From positions 3,038,001 through 3,102,000 of the forward strand of contig CM069140.1 of the NCBI GenBank assembly GCA_035221665.1: a stretch of DNA of 64,000 nt. The letters run 5' to 3'. A program made the translations under genes and the position numbers. The notes beneath the pieces were generated by a model. The model did no database searches and was not told where the DNA came from. It saw nothing but the letters and a program-made list of their open reading frames with translations. Each line of letters begins with the position of its first letter. Position 1 is the stretch's first letter. Shown one piece after another: positions 49,937-60,464 of the stretch. Source of the DNA: Okamejei kenojei (lineage: Eukaryota).

Positions 49937-50267
49937 AACAGTCTGAAGAAATTCCACATCACATCAAGCAACTGGGAGCTCATTGCACTGGACAGGCACT
50001 CCTGGAGGAAATCCATGCAGGAAGGAGCTGCTCGTCACAAAATGAAACTACGCCGTGTCGCAGAGACAAAGTGACAGCACGGTAAGGAGAGAGAGAAGGG
50101 GGCACCACGACTGCCAGCCGCCGCCAGTCTCCACTGCCCACGTTGCACCAAGGAGTGTGGATCGCGGATCGGCCTCTACAGACATCTACAGACCCACAAG
50201 TGGACGACCCTATGGAGAGGAGAGGGTAGTCATACTCGTTTAGAGTGACTGCCGATGATGATGATGA
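49937..50267 (+). mobile_element. 5'-truncated RTE-clade LINE nested in a V-SINE (49815-50325)
   Basis: NSLKKFHI..NWELIALDRHSWR; C..KECGSRIGLYRHLQTH; (GAT)n tail; 10-bp TSD TTTGTCCAGG. Confidence 0.8.
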
Positions 50268-51191
50268 TTTGTCCAGGTGCTCTGGTTTTCTCCCACATCG
50301 CAAAGACATACGTGTTTGTACGATAACTCAAACTAACTAGGTTATCCACATTCTTATCTATTCCCTGCACAACAGTATAATTTACAAAAACTGTGGTCAG
50401 CATGCACTTGGAGGGCAGAAGGGTCTATTTCCCTACAATTGTGAATTAGGGGAGAGCACCACCAAACGGGGAATTAGGGGAGGGCACCATCAATTATGTT
50501 TGTTTGCTCAGGCCACTGAAATCTGTAGATGCTGGTTTACACCGATGATACACACAAATTGCTGGAGTAACCCAGCAGGACAGGCAGCATCTCTGAAATG
50601 GGTGATGTTTCAGGACGAGACCCTCCCGACTGTCTGAGGAAGGGTCTCGACCCGAAACATCTCCCATTCCTTCTCTCCTGCCTGTCCCACTGATTTACTC
50701 CAGATTTTTGTGTCTAACTTTGTTTGACCCGTCTTTAATAAATTTACATTACCTTGTGAAAGGCCACTTTTTCAATGTTTCCACTAGTGGGAGATAGTTA
50801 AAGGACATTCCTTTAGGAGGAGATGAGGAGGAATTTATTTAGTCAGAGGGTGGTGAATCTGTGGGACTCATTGCCACAGACGGTCATGGAGGCCAAGTCA
50901 ACGGCCTTTTTATGGCAGAGATAAATAAATTCTTGATTAGAACGGATGTCAGGGGTTATGGGGAGTAGGCAGGAGAATGATCAGCTTTGATTGAATGACG
51001 GAGTAGACTAAATGGGCCGAGTGGCCTAATTCTGCTCTTATCACTTACGACATTTCCATGGAATCTAAATCTGCATGGACTTTGCATTTGGTGTTTCTTG
51101 TTAAGAAATGGTTTGCTAAGCTTTGAAGAGCAAGGTCGGCTTGGCGGAGCGAGTGTGAAGGAGACAGGAGACGGCTGATGGGTGAATGGCC

Positions 51192-51197
51192 TTTATT
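51192..51197 (-). terminator. Candidate SDR39U1 poly(A) signal
   Basis: TTTATT on + (AATAAA on -) about 500 nt after the stop. Confidence 0.55.
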
Positions 51198-51697
51198 CCT
51201 CATTGGAACCGGTTACAACAGCCCCTTCCCCGCACTGACCTCCCACCCGGGCAGCGACCCTCAACCCCGAAACCACCCCCCCCCGACCTCAGTGCAACAC
51301 CTGCTGACTCCTGACCTTTTACATTCAGACTGACACCTGACCTCTTCCCTCGTCCGAGCCCAGCCCTTTAACCCTGACCCCTACCACTTCACCTCTGACC
51401 CTGGCCTAGGTCAGGATACCAGGGTGGTCGTGATCTCAGGGAAGCCATTCACTCTGACCACCTGACCTCTAACCCCCCTCATCTGACCCCTGACCCTGAG
51501 ATCAGTGCAGGACGGCCTGAGCTCGGCAAGTACTGGTGTGACCTTTTGACCATTGACTCCCACCCTCTGACCCCCGACCCTGTACTGTGACCCCTGACCA
51601 CATCCCAGTTCACTGCAGCAGGTGGTGCAGGCTGGGTCTGACCCCGGGCTGGAGGTCAGTGGATGAGAGGTTGACCCATGACCCGTGACCCTGGGGG

Positions 51698-52169
51698 TCA
51701 GTGGAGGGGGTTGTCGATGGCCGCCAGTAGCCGGGTGAATCGGTACCGGTAGCAGTTGGCCAGTGTACGGCGAGGTTCAACCCACTGGCCCTGCAGCAGC
51801 AGCAATGCCTGCTCTGACCCCAGTGCAGCCTGCACCAATGCAGCCGGCACCCGCAGCTGGGCTCCGCGCCCCAGGCTCCTCGCCAGCACCTCCGCAAACT
51901 CCCCCTGGGTGCAGCGAGATGGGGCAACGCTGTTCAACACCCCTTCCACCCCTCCCAACCTCCCCCCTTCCCCTCACACTCTCTCCCCCCCTCTGGCTCC
52001 CCTTCCCTCTGCACCCCCTCCAGCACGTGCAGCAAGATCCCAGCCAGGTCTTCCACGTGGATCCAGGGGAAGGGCTGGAGTCCGGAGCCCACCGACCCCC
52101 CCCAAGGCCCATCCGAAATGGCAGCAGCATCGGCGGCAGCGCTCCCTCCCTCTCTCCCCAGGACCACTC
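51698..52169 (-). pseudogene. SDR39U1: Terminal coding exon of epimerase-family SDR39U1, frameshifted as assembled
   Basis: ctgcag acceptor then GVVLGREGG / ALPPMLLPFRMGLGG / VGSGLQPFPWIHVEDLAGILLHVLEG / GVLNSVAP..EFAEVLARSLGRGAQLRVPAALVQAALGSEQALLLLQGQWVEPRRTLANCYRYRF*, matching the recalled SDR39U1 C-terminal half; frame changes fall in G-runs. Confidence 0.88.
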
Positions 52170-52408
52170 CTGCAGCGGGCGGTGGGGGAAGAGGAGAGGG
52201 GAGAGAGAAGAGATACGGGGGGGGAGGGGAAGAGAGGGGGGTAATAGAAAGAGTGGTGAGAGGTGAAGTAGAGACCCCAGGAATAGAAGGAGCAGAAAGA
52301 CCAATTCTAGGGGGAATGAGGGATGGACCCACCATGGGGGACGGATACAGAGTACGGGCGGCTGCTGGGGGGACAGAGACAGGGAACGGACTGAACGCAG
52401 GGGGAGGG

Positions 52409-55359
52409 AGACAGGTGACTGTAGTGTATGTAATGGTGACTGTACCTTGACGAACTGAGTACCAGATGGTGTGATATTAGTTTAATTTAGAGATACAGCA
52501 TGGAAACAGGCCTTTAAGTCCAACTTGCTCATACAGGCCAACATGTGCCCGCTACACTAGCTCCCCCTGCCTGCATTTGGTCCATATCCCTCCAAACCCG
52601 TCCTATCCATCTACCTGTCTAACTGTTTCTTAAACATTGGGATAGTCCCAGCCTCAACTACCTCCTCTGGCAGCTCGTTCTATACACCCACACCCCCTCT
52701 GTGTGAAAAAGTTACCCCTCAGATTCCTATTAATTCTTTTCCACCACCTTAAACCTATGTCCTCTGGCCCGCGATTCCCCTACTCTGGGCAAGAGACTCA
52801 AATAAATATATAAAATAGGAGCAGGAGGAGGCCATTCGAGCCAGCACTGCCATTCAATATGATCTTGGCTGATCATCCCGTTCTTGCTTTCTCCCCATAT
52901 CCCTTGATTCTGTTAGGGCTAAGAGCTAAATCTAACCGTGCACGGATGGGGCATTGAGGGTTAAGAAGCCGAAGCGAAGAAGTGGAAGCCAAGAAACCGA
53001 ACGGAAACGACGCCGAGTAACCAAATAACCGAACGAAACGCGACACCGAAAAGGCAAATAACGGGATTTGTCCGACACTTTGTCAGCAATTGGTCCAGAC
53101 CCCCACGTCCATCACTTCACTGGCTGGGGGAGACGNNNNNNNNNNNNNNNNNNNNNNNNNNNNNNNNNNNNNNNNNNNNNNNNNNNNNNNNNNNNNNNNN
53201 NNNNNNNNNNNNNNNNNNNNNNNNNNNNNNNNNNNNNNNNNNNNNNNNNNNNNNNNNNNNNNNNNNNNNNNNNNNNNNNNNNNNNNNNNNNNNNNNNNNN
53301 NNNNNNNNNNNNNNNNNNNNNNNNNNNNNNNNNNNNNNNNNNNNNNNNNNNNNNNNNNTAAAATACATCGTTATATTGCCAAAGTATAAAACATAACATA
53401 TATATTTAAAATGCATAAATATAAATACAAGTGCATGGATAGATATGTCCCTGTACATATACTTGCAATTCACCTATAGCCCTTTATTGATTGCTACACG
53501 TTCTTGCAGCTGTAAGCAGTACAACAGAATAGGAAGTTTAGCAATTCAATATTAATTTCTTAGTGTCAGTAAATGTCAGTTAGTGTGTGCATGCATATGT
53601 GCATGTTTTTTATTCACTGATTCTCATGATATGGCATGCTGTTACATATTGTGCATCAAGATGTGCTGTATTTCCTTCACCAAGGATTCTTCTTAGTTTT
53701 GATATATTATCTAGTTCTTTAAAATCAGGTGTTGCCAGACTGAGTTTGTCAAGGTATGTTTTCCTTGTTTTGTCAATTTCTTTGCATTTTAGGAGGAAGT
53801 GTACCCCTGATTCAACCTCATCTGTCAAACAGTGGCCGCATATTCTATTTTTTCATGATTGCCAGAATCTCTTTTGGCTTCCTTTTTCAATTGCCAAATA
53901 GTGGTCACTTAACCTGTGAGGGTCTGTCTCTGCTTTATGTCTGCCAATTTATAATCTCTTTTTAGGGCATGGTGACATTCTAATCTGCTTTGGCTTTTGG
54001 TTTCTTTATTCCAATGTTCCAAATACGTTTCTTTACATTGTTTGATAATTTGGTTCCCAAACTGATCCCCAACTGGTGATTGGGGATCAGCATTGATGTG
54101 AGGCTGGTCAGGGTTTAACTGAATAGGGGTAGTTAGTCTCAGTACAAACTGGTACAGAGAACTCTTTTCCGGGCTCCCCTCTTGTGTTTGAAGGGCTTTA
54201 AATTGGAGGGTATCTGGGGGGCTAGATTTAAGGTGATTCCAAAAGTTTTGTGCTCATTTCTGGATAATTATTATCAATGGGTATCTGACTAATTCCACCC
54301 TACATGCATTTGTTGGTGTTTTCCTTTGGATACGGAGAATGTTCTGACAAAATTCCGCATACAGGGCCTCTGTTGTATGCTTTTTCCCATTTACTATAAC
54401 TATGGTGACTGAGCGGACCCCATACTTCACTACCATTATGCGCAATAGGCTGGTTACACTGTCAAATATTTTAAGCCAGATTTTAATTGGAATTTGGATG
54501 CTGTAGAATAGTAAGATTAAATGAGAACTTACCAGTTTAAAGTTTGATCTTTATTTTATGAGGAGTTACGATGAGGGATTACGTGAAGAAGGCCCGCCAG
54601 AGCGCCTGCGCGTCAAAGCAGCAGTGTGACGTCACAGTAACTACAGTCGAAGTAATATAGTAAGACTCAGAAGACTAGAACTACCAGATGATCTTTGCGA
54701 TTATGAGGGTCGGGAGCGGAGGGCATGACATCCCTCATCGTAACTCCTCATAAAATCAAGATCAAACTTCAAACTAGTAAGTTCTCGTTTAATCTTACTA
54801 TTTTACTTCGGAGTCACGTGAGTGACTACATGAAGATTTCAAAGCTCTATTATTTCATGCCGTAGACACAGTTCCATACGACACACTGCCTTGGTTGACA
54901 CAGGATAAATAAATAACATATTGAACATTGTTTAAATTATACAATGAACATTTTAAACAATAAAAGAACAGTAATAATCTCTCTAGGAGGAATTACAAAG
55001 GAGAACTCAAACAGAACCCAAAAACAGCACGCCCAAATCTTTGCAATGTGAGGACAGGTTTATCATAAACCCTAAAAGGTTCCTTAACTGGGCTATCCTG
55101 CAGTGAGGATTTGGTCCAATGGCACGTCCTGTGCCTTTGCTGCGTACGTTGACGCCGCCCTGGTGGAGTGATTTAAACACATCAGTGTCTACTCCAGCAA
55201 AATGCAAACCTGTTTCGGCCATCTAGAAATAGCTTGTACTGACACCTCTGTATGAGGTTTTATGTGGCTGATGACCATCGCTGTTACAGAGCCTCTGAGA
55301 CTCTTGAAGACCTTGATATATTAGCTCAGATGCGTAATTACACATAGTCTTAGATCAAT
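52409..55359 (+). repeat. Segmental direct repeat, copy 2
   Basis: Offset about 52,408 nt from copy 1. Confidence 0.92.
53360..54500 (-). mobile_element. Non-LTR retrotransposon 3' fragment, RTE-X-like (second copy ~882-2050)
   Basis: EFCQNILRIQRKTPTNACRVELVRYPL and C..C..DEVE...HFLLKC C-terminal motifs. Confidence 0.6.
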
Positions 55360-57320
55360 GGGTATATTTTAAGCTTATTTTGGTTCCAGCCATCCCTGGC
55401 CTGCTCTGTTTGATTAGATTATATGCATAAAACAACATCCTCTTCAGAAGAATGCATGCAGTCCAGTCATAACTTGCAATATTTGGACCCATAGTGCTGC
55501 CACTAGCACCATGAACATGACCACTTTGAGCGTTAACTTCCGGAAAGCAACAGCTGTGGTATTATCAATCTGAATCTGCACATGCAAATCATGCATTGCT
55601 GAGCAGAATTATTTAGGCCTTAGAATGCACCCAGCAATTCTACGCAGTTTACCCCATGCCTCTACAGGGCTGTATATTGTATATCTTTATTGTCATTTTT
55701 CTGAGTACTTACATACCCAGAGGAAAACGAAAAAACGTTTCTCAACCAGTGTGCGGTAAAAAATAAATAGAAATAAAGAATAAAAGTACATATATCACGA
55801 GTTTCGATCGGCAGTGGCTCGACAATGGCTCTGCTTCAGTGTGTCCAGGTTGGTGGTTGGTGCGCGACACTTTGGCAGGGGGCAAAGTCCGTTTATCAGT
55901 CTTATAGCCTGCGGGAAGAAGCTGAGGAGCATCCTGCTGGTTTTGCAGCTGATGCTCCTGTACCTCTTCCCAGATGGCAGGATGAAGAATATGTGATGCG
56001 ATGGGTGGTAGGGGTCTTTGATGATGGAGATGGCTCTGCTAATACATCTCTTCCTGTATATGTCCAGCAATAAAGGGAGTGGAGCACCAATAATCCTGCT
56101 GGCGGTCTTCACAATCCTGTCCAGTTGGTGCCGTTCGTACACCTTACAGCACCCGAACCAGGAGGTGATGCCGTAGGTTAATGTGCTCTCGATTGTCCCC
56201 CTATAAAATGTTCGTAGGTGTGCAGTGAGGAGACCTGCTTTCCATAGTCTACAGAGAGGGTGTAGTCGCTGCTGATGCTTCTTTCACATTCTATCTGCCG
56301 CCACAGCCAGACTTGATATCAGTGGCTCCTCATCCTGAAGCTCACATCAGTTTGTAAACTAAGGTTATTGAGTCAGAATGTCTCTAGTACATCGCAAGAC
56401 ATTAGTTATGGTTTTGGCCGTAGGCAAAGTACTGCCATGTTAATTAACCAATGATGAATCTCAAATAGCCAATCATTCTAAATGGTACTAATCTAAGTTT
56501 AATTAGATGGGTGAGGACCTAACCTCTCAACAGGTGTGTGGTAGCTGAATATTATGCATCTTTCAGATCTATAGTGCCATATAACACCCTTTTTATCCCA
56601 GTTACAATACTGAATTTTTTTTTAGGCCTAGAATGACTCGACACCCACCATCGTTCTTTTGGCTGGGGAATTGGACACAATTGTTAAGGCTGATTTTCAT
56701 CATTCGCCTGTGGAGTTAGTGGTATTGAACCCCAATACCCAACTAGGTGTATTTTGTACGGGTGGATATACTTCCGAGATACCTATTCGAGATCCAATAC
56801 AGTCCAATATTCACTTACCCCTTCCTAATCTGAAAGGGTATGGTTTTTGAGGTGGCATCCTGGTCTGTTTTAGTCTCATCGTCCAGGTCTTCCCCTGGAT
56901 ATTAGAGGATCTGCGCAAGGTTGTGAACCGTGGGTTAAGCGTAGGCGGGATAGTTATTCACGAATATTAAACTACCAAATGGGCATTACACAGCAGGGTC
57001 CATATCCTGCTGTGGTTTGGATAGTGGCATTGCCATTTGCCCAAACGCCATTGTTCCTGCTCCAACCAGTTATTTAGGACTTCTGCAGCCTTAATTCATG
57101 CGCCCTCATGATGTGCTCCTTTAGAGCAATGCACAGTAACAGGTGTTTGATATGTGAAGTTTCTTCCATTATGAAGTCCTGGAACTGGTGAGAGGCCATT
57201 AATTTGCTGGCCGGATTGTCATCCCTGGCTTCACCAGTTCCCGCCGGTATGGTAAATTGCTGACCACATCCGGCACACCTGGAGCATAGCTCATGTGCTT
57301 TGGTGTATGCACATAAGCAG
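54503..57320 (-). mobile_element. Degenerate DIRS-type tyrosine-recombinase retrotransposon (partial copy ~2050-2943)
   Basis: Minus-strand remnants: RT (KNDGGCRVIL; IDLKDA*YS), RNase H (LHVQIQIDNTTAVA), YR (AGVDTDVFKS..STRAAST..PLDQIL..FYDKPV); ~73-bp inverted arms 54507-54579 and 54730-54802. Confidence 0.8.
55680..56290 (-). mobile_element. Rex1/Babar-like LINE inserted in the DIRS remnant
   Basis: RIVKTASRIIG..IIKDPYHPSHHIFFILPSGKRYRS. Confidence 0.85.
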
Positions 57321-57325
57321 TGACA

Positions 57326-57657
57326 CCAAACTTCAGGGTCAGCTTCCTCCTGCCCTGACTCTCCTGGCTGATGCTCACGGGCGGTCACACACAGCCCTAA
57401 ACGAGGTGCTGGTGTGCTGGGTCCCCAAACTTCAGGGTCAGATTCCTACTGCCCTGACTCTCCTGGCTGATGCTCACGGGAGGTCACACACACAGCCCTA
57501 AACGAGGTGCTGCTGTGCTGGGTCCCCATGTCCCGGCTCTCCCGGCTCATGCTCACGAGAGATCGCCACTTCAGGGTCAGATTCCTACTGCCCTGGTTCC
57601 TACTTATGGGAGGTCACACACACAGCCCTAAACAGGGTGCTGCTGTGCTGGTCCCCA
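57326..57657 (+). repeat. ~100-bp tandem repeat, about 3 copies
   Basis: cttcagggtcagattcctactgccctg..ggtcacacacagccctaaac. Confidence 0.8.
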
Positions 57658-57686
57658 TGCAGACTCGTTCCTATTCTAGAGATTGC

Positions 57687-57690
<4 letters not shown>

Positions 57691-57761
<71 letters not shown>

Positions 57762-57870
57762 GAGAGAGATAGGAGGGGGAGGGAGGAGGGAGAGAGAGAA
57801 GGGAGAGAGAGGGCAAGAAGGGAGAGAGCGAGAAGGGAGAGAGTGGAGAGAGTGGAGAGAGAGAGAGAAG
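57691..57870. repeat. (GA)n microsatellite and purine tract
   Basis: Direct reading. Confidence 0.95.
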
Positions 57871-58330
57871 AGGGGACTGACTGGAAAGGTTTACATATTC
57901 CTCAGCTCTTGGGTCTAACTANNNNNNNNNNNNNNNNNNNNNNNNNNNNNNNNNNNNNNNNNNNNNNNNNNNNNNNNNNNNNNNNNNNNNNNNNNNNNNN
58001 NNNNNNNNNNNNNNNNNNNNNNNNNNNNNNNNNNNNNNNNNNNNNNNNNNNNNNNNNNNNNNNNNNNNNNNNNNNNNNNNNNNNNNNNNNNNNNNNNNNN
58101 NNNNNNNNNNNNNNNNNNNNNNNNNNNNNNNNNNNNNNNNNNNNNNNNNNNNNNNNNNNNNNNNNNNNNNNNNNNNNNNNNNNNNNNNNNNNNNNNNNNN
58201 GTACAATACAATGCAAGGGAAACTGCGCAAAGGAAGGGGATGGAGAGGAAGGATGGAATGGGAAATGGGCAGAAACAGGGGGAAAACATTTACAATAAAA
58301 TTAACTAAAAGTGAAGTGATAGAAGAGTTA

Positions 58331-59941
58331 TAGTGGCTTGCAAAAATTTTCATACCCCTTGAACTTTTCCACATTTTGTCACGTTACAACCACAAACGTA
58401 AATGTATTGTATTGGGATTTAATGTGATAGACCAACACAAAGTGGCGCATAATTGTGAAGTGGAAGGAAAATGATACATGGTTTTCAAATTTTTTTACAA
58501 ATAAAAAACTGAAAAGTGTGGCATGCAAAAGTATTCAGCCCCCTTTACTCTGATACCCCTAAATAAAATCAAGTGCAACCAATTGCCTTCAGAAGTCACC
58601 TAATTATTAAATAGAGTCCACTTGTGTGTAATCTAATCTCAGTGTAAATACAGCTGTTTTATGAAGGCCTCAGAGGTTTGTTGGAGAACATTAGTGAACA
58701 AACAGCATCATGAGCCCGAGGAACACACCAGACAGGTCAGAGATAAAGTTGTGGAGAAGTTTAAAGCAGGGTTAGGTTATAAAAAATATCCCAAGCTTTG
58801 AACATCTCACAGAGCACTGTTCAATCCATCATCCGAACATGGAAAGAGTATGGCACAACTGCAAACCTACCAAGCCATGGCCTTCCACCTAAACTGACAG
58901 ACCGGGCAAGGAGAGCAATGATCAGAGAAGCAGCCAAGAGGCCCATGGTAACTCTGGAGAAGCTGCAGAAATCCACAGCTCAGGTGGAAGAATCTGTCCA
59001 CAGGACAACTATTATCCGTGCACTTCACAAATCGGGCCTTGATGGAAGAGTGGCAAGAAGAAAGCCATTGTTGAAACAAAGCCATAAGAAGTCCCGTTTG
59101 CAGTTTGCCACAAGCCATGTGGGGGACACAGCAAACATGTGGAGGAACGTGCTCTGGTCTGATGAGACTAAAATTGAAGTTTTTGGCCTAAATGCAAAAC
59201 GCTATGTGTGGCGGAAAACTAACACTGCACATCACCCTGAACACGCCATCCCCACTGTGAAACATGGTGGTGGAAGCATCATGCTGTGGGGATGCTTTTC
59301 TTCAGCAGGGACAGGGAAGCTGGTCAGAGTTGATGGGAAGATGGATGGAGCTAAATACTGGGCAATCTTGGAAGAAAACCTGTTGGAGTATGCAAAAGAC
59401 TTGAGACTGGGGCGGAGGTTCACCTTCCAGCAGGACAACGACCCTAAACATTCAGCCAGAGCTACAATGGAATGGTTTAGATCAAAGCATATTCATGTGT
59501 TAGAATGGCCCAGTCAAAGTCCAGACCTAAATCCAATTGAGAATCTCTGGCAAGACTTGAAAATTGCTGTTCACAGATGCTCACCATCCAATCTGATTGA
59601 GCTTGAACTATTTTGCAAAGAAAAATGGGCAAAAATTTCAGTCTCTCGATGTGCAAAGCTGGTAGAGACATACCCCAAAAGACTTGCAGTTGTAATTGCA
59701 GCGAAAGGTGGTTCTACAAAGTATTGACTCAGGGGGGCAGAATACTTTTGCGCGCCACACTTTTCAGTTTTTTATTTGAATAAAATTTGGAAACCTTGTA
59801 TCATTTTTCTTCCACTTCACTATGCACCACTTTGTGTTGGTCTATCACATAAAATCCCAATAAAATACATTTACGTTTGTGGTTGTAACGTGACAAAATG
59901 TGGAAAAGTTCAAGGGGTATGAAAACTTTTGCAAGCCACTG
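58331..59941 (+). mobile_element. Tc1-family DD34E transposon (Passport-like), full length, ~210-bp TIRs, TA target-site duplication
   Basis: TA|TAGTGGCTTGCAAAA ... TTTTGCAAGCCACTG|TA; 1611 bp. Confidence 0.95.
58710..59727 (+). CDS. Tc1 transposase; two 1-nt deletions in the first ~26 codons, open from 58798
   Basis: WSDETK, TVKHGGGSIMLWGCF, FQQDNDPKH, WPSQSPDLNPIE; 34 residues between D and E. Confidence 0.9.
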
Positions 59942-60464
59942 TATATCACACAGTTTCCCTGCAACTCTGATTACACCAAAGATGATAGAGCGGATAAAAC
60001 TGCGAGAGGCATAATGAAAGCCGCGTTTTGCATTGACAAATGGCGGCGGTGACGCTCAGTTACGTACTGCACCTCAGTGCGTTGGATTACGTAGGAGTGG
60101 AGTATCTTGCTCCCCTCTATGATCTTTGGGCTGCAGTAAGACCTCACGTGACCCGCGACCAGGTCCCGCCCCCTCCCTCCCCCCCACTGATTAGCAACGC
60201 CAGCGACCAATGGGAGCAGATTCCTCTATCCCTGGCCCTGATGTCACAATGGACCAGGTACCGCCCCCTCCTTGCAGCCGACCGACCAATCAGAGCCGCG
60301 TACCCACCACAGGACACCGCGTCCTATAGGCCGAGCAGTAGCTTTGTCCCTCGGGCAGATAGCGACCTCCGCCAATCGGAGCAGCCCATCCCGACCTAGC
60401 AACGGTTGCCACGATGCGACCAGCCTGGCCCCACCCCCATGGCTCCTACACCACGTGGGGGGGG

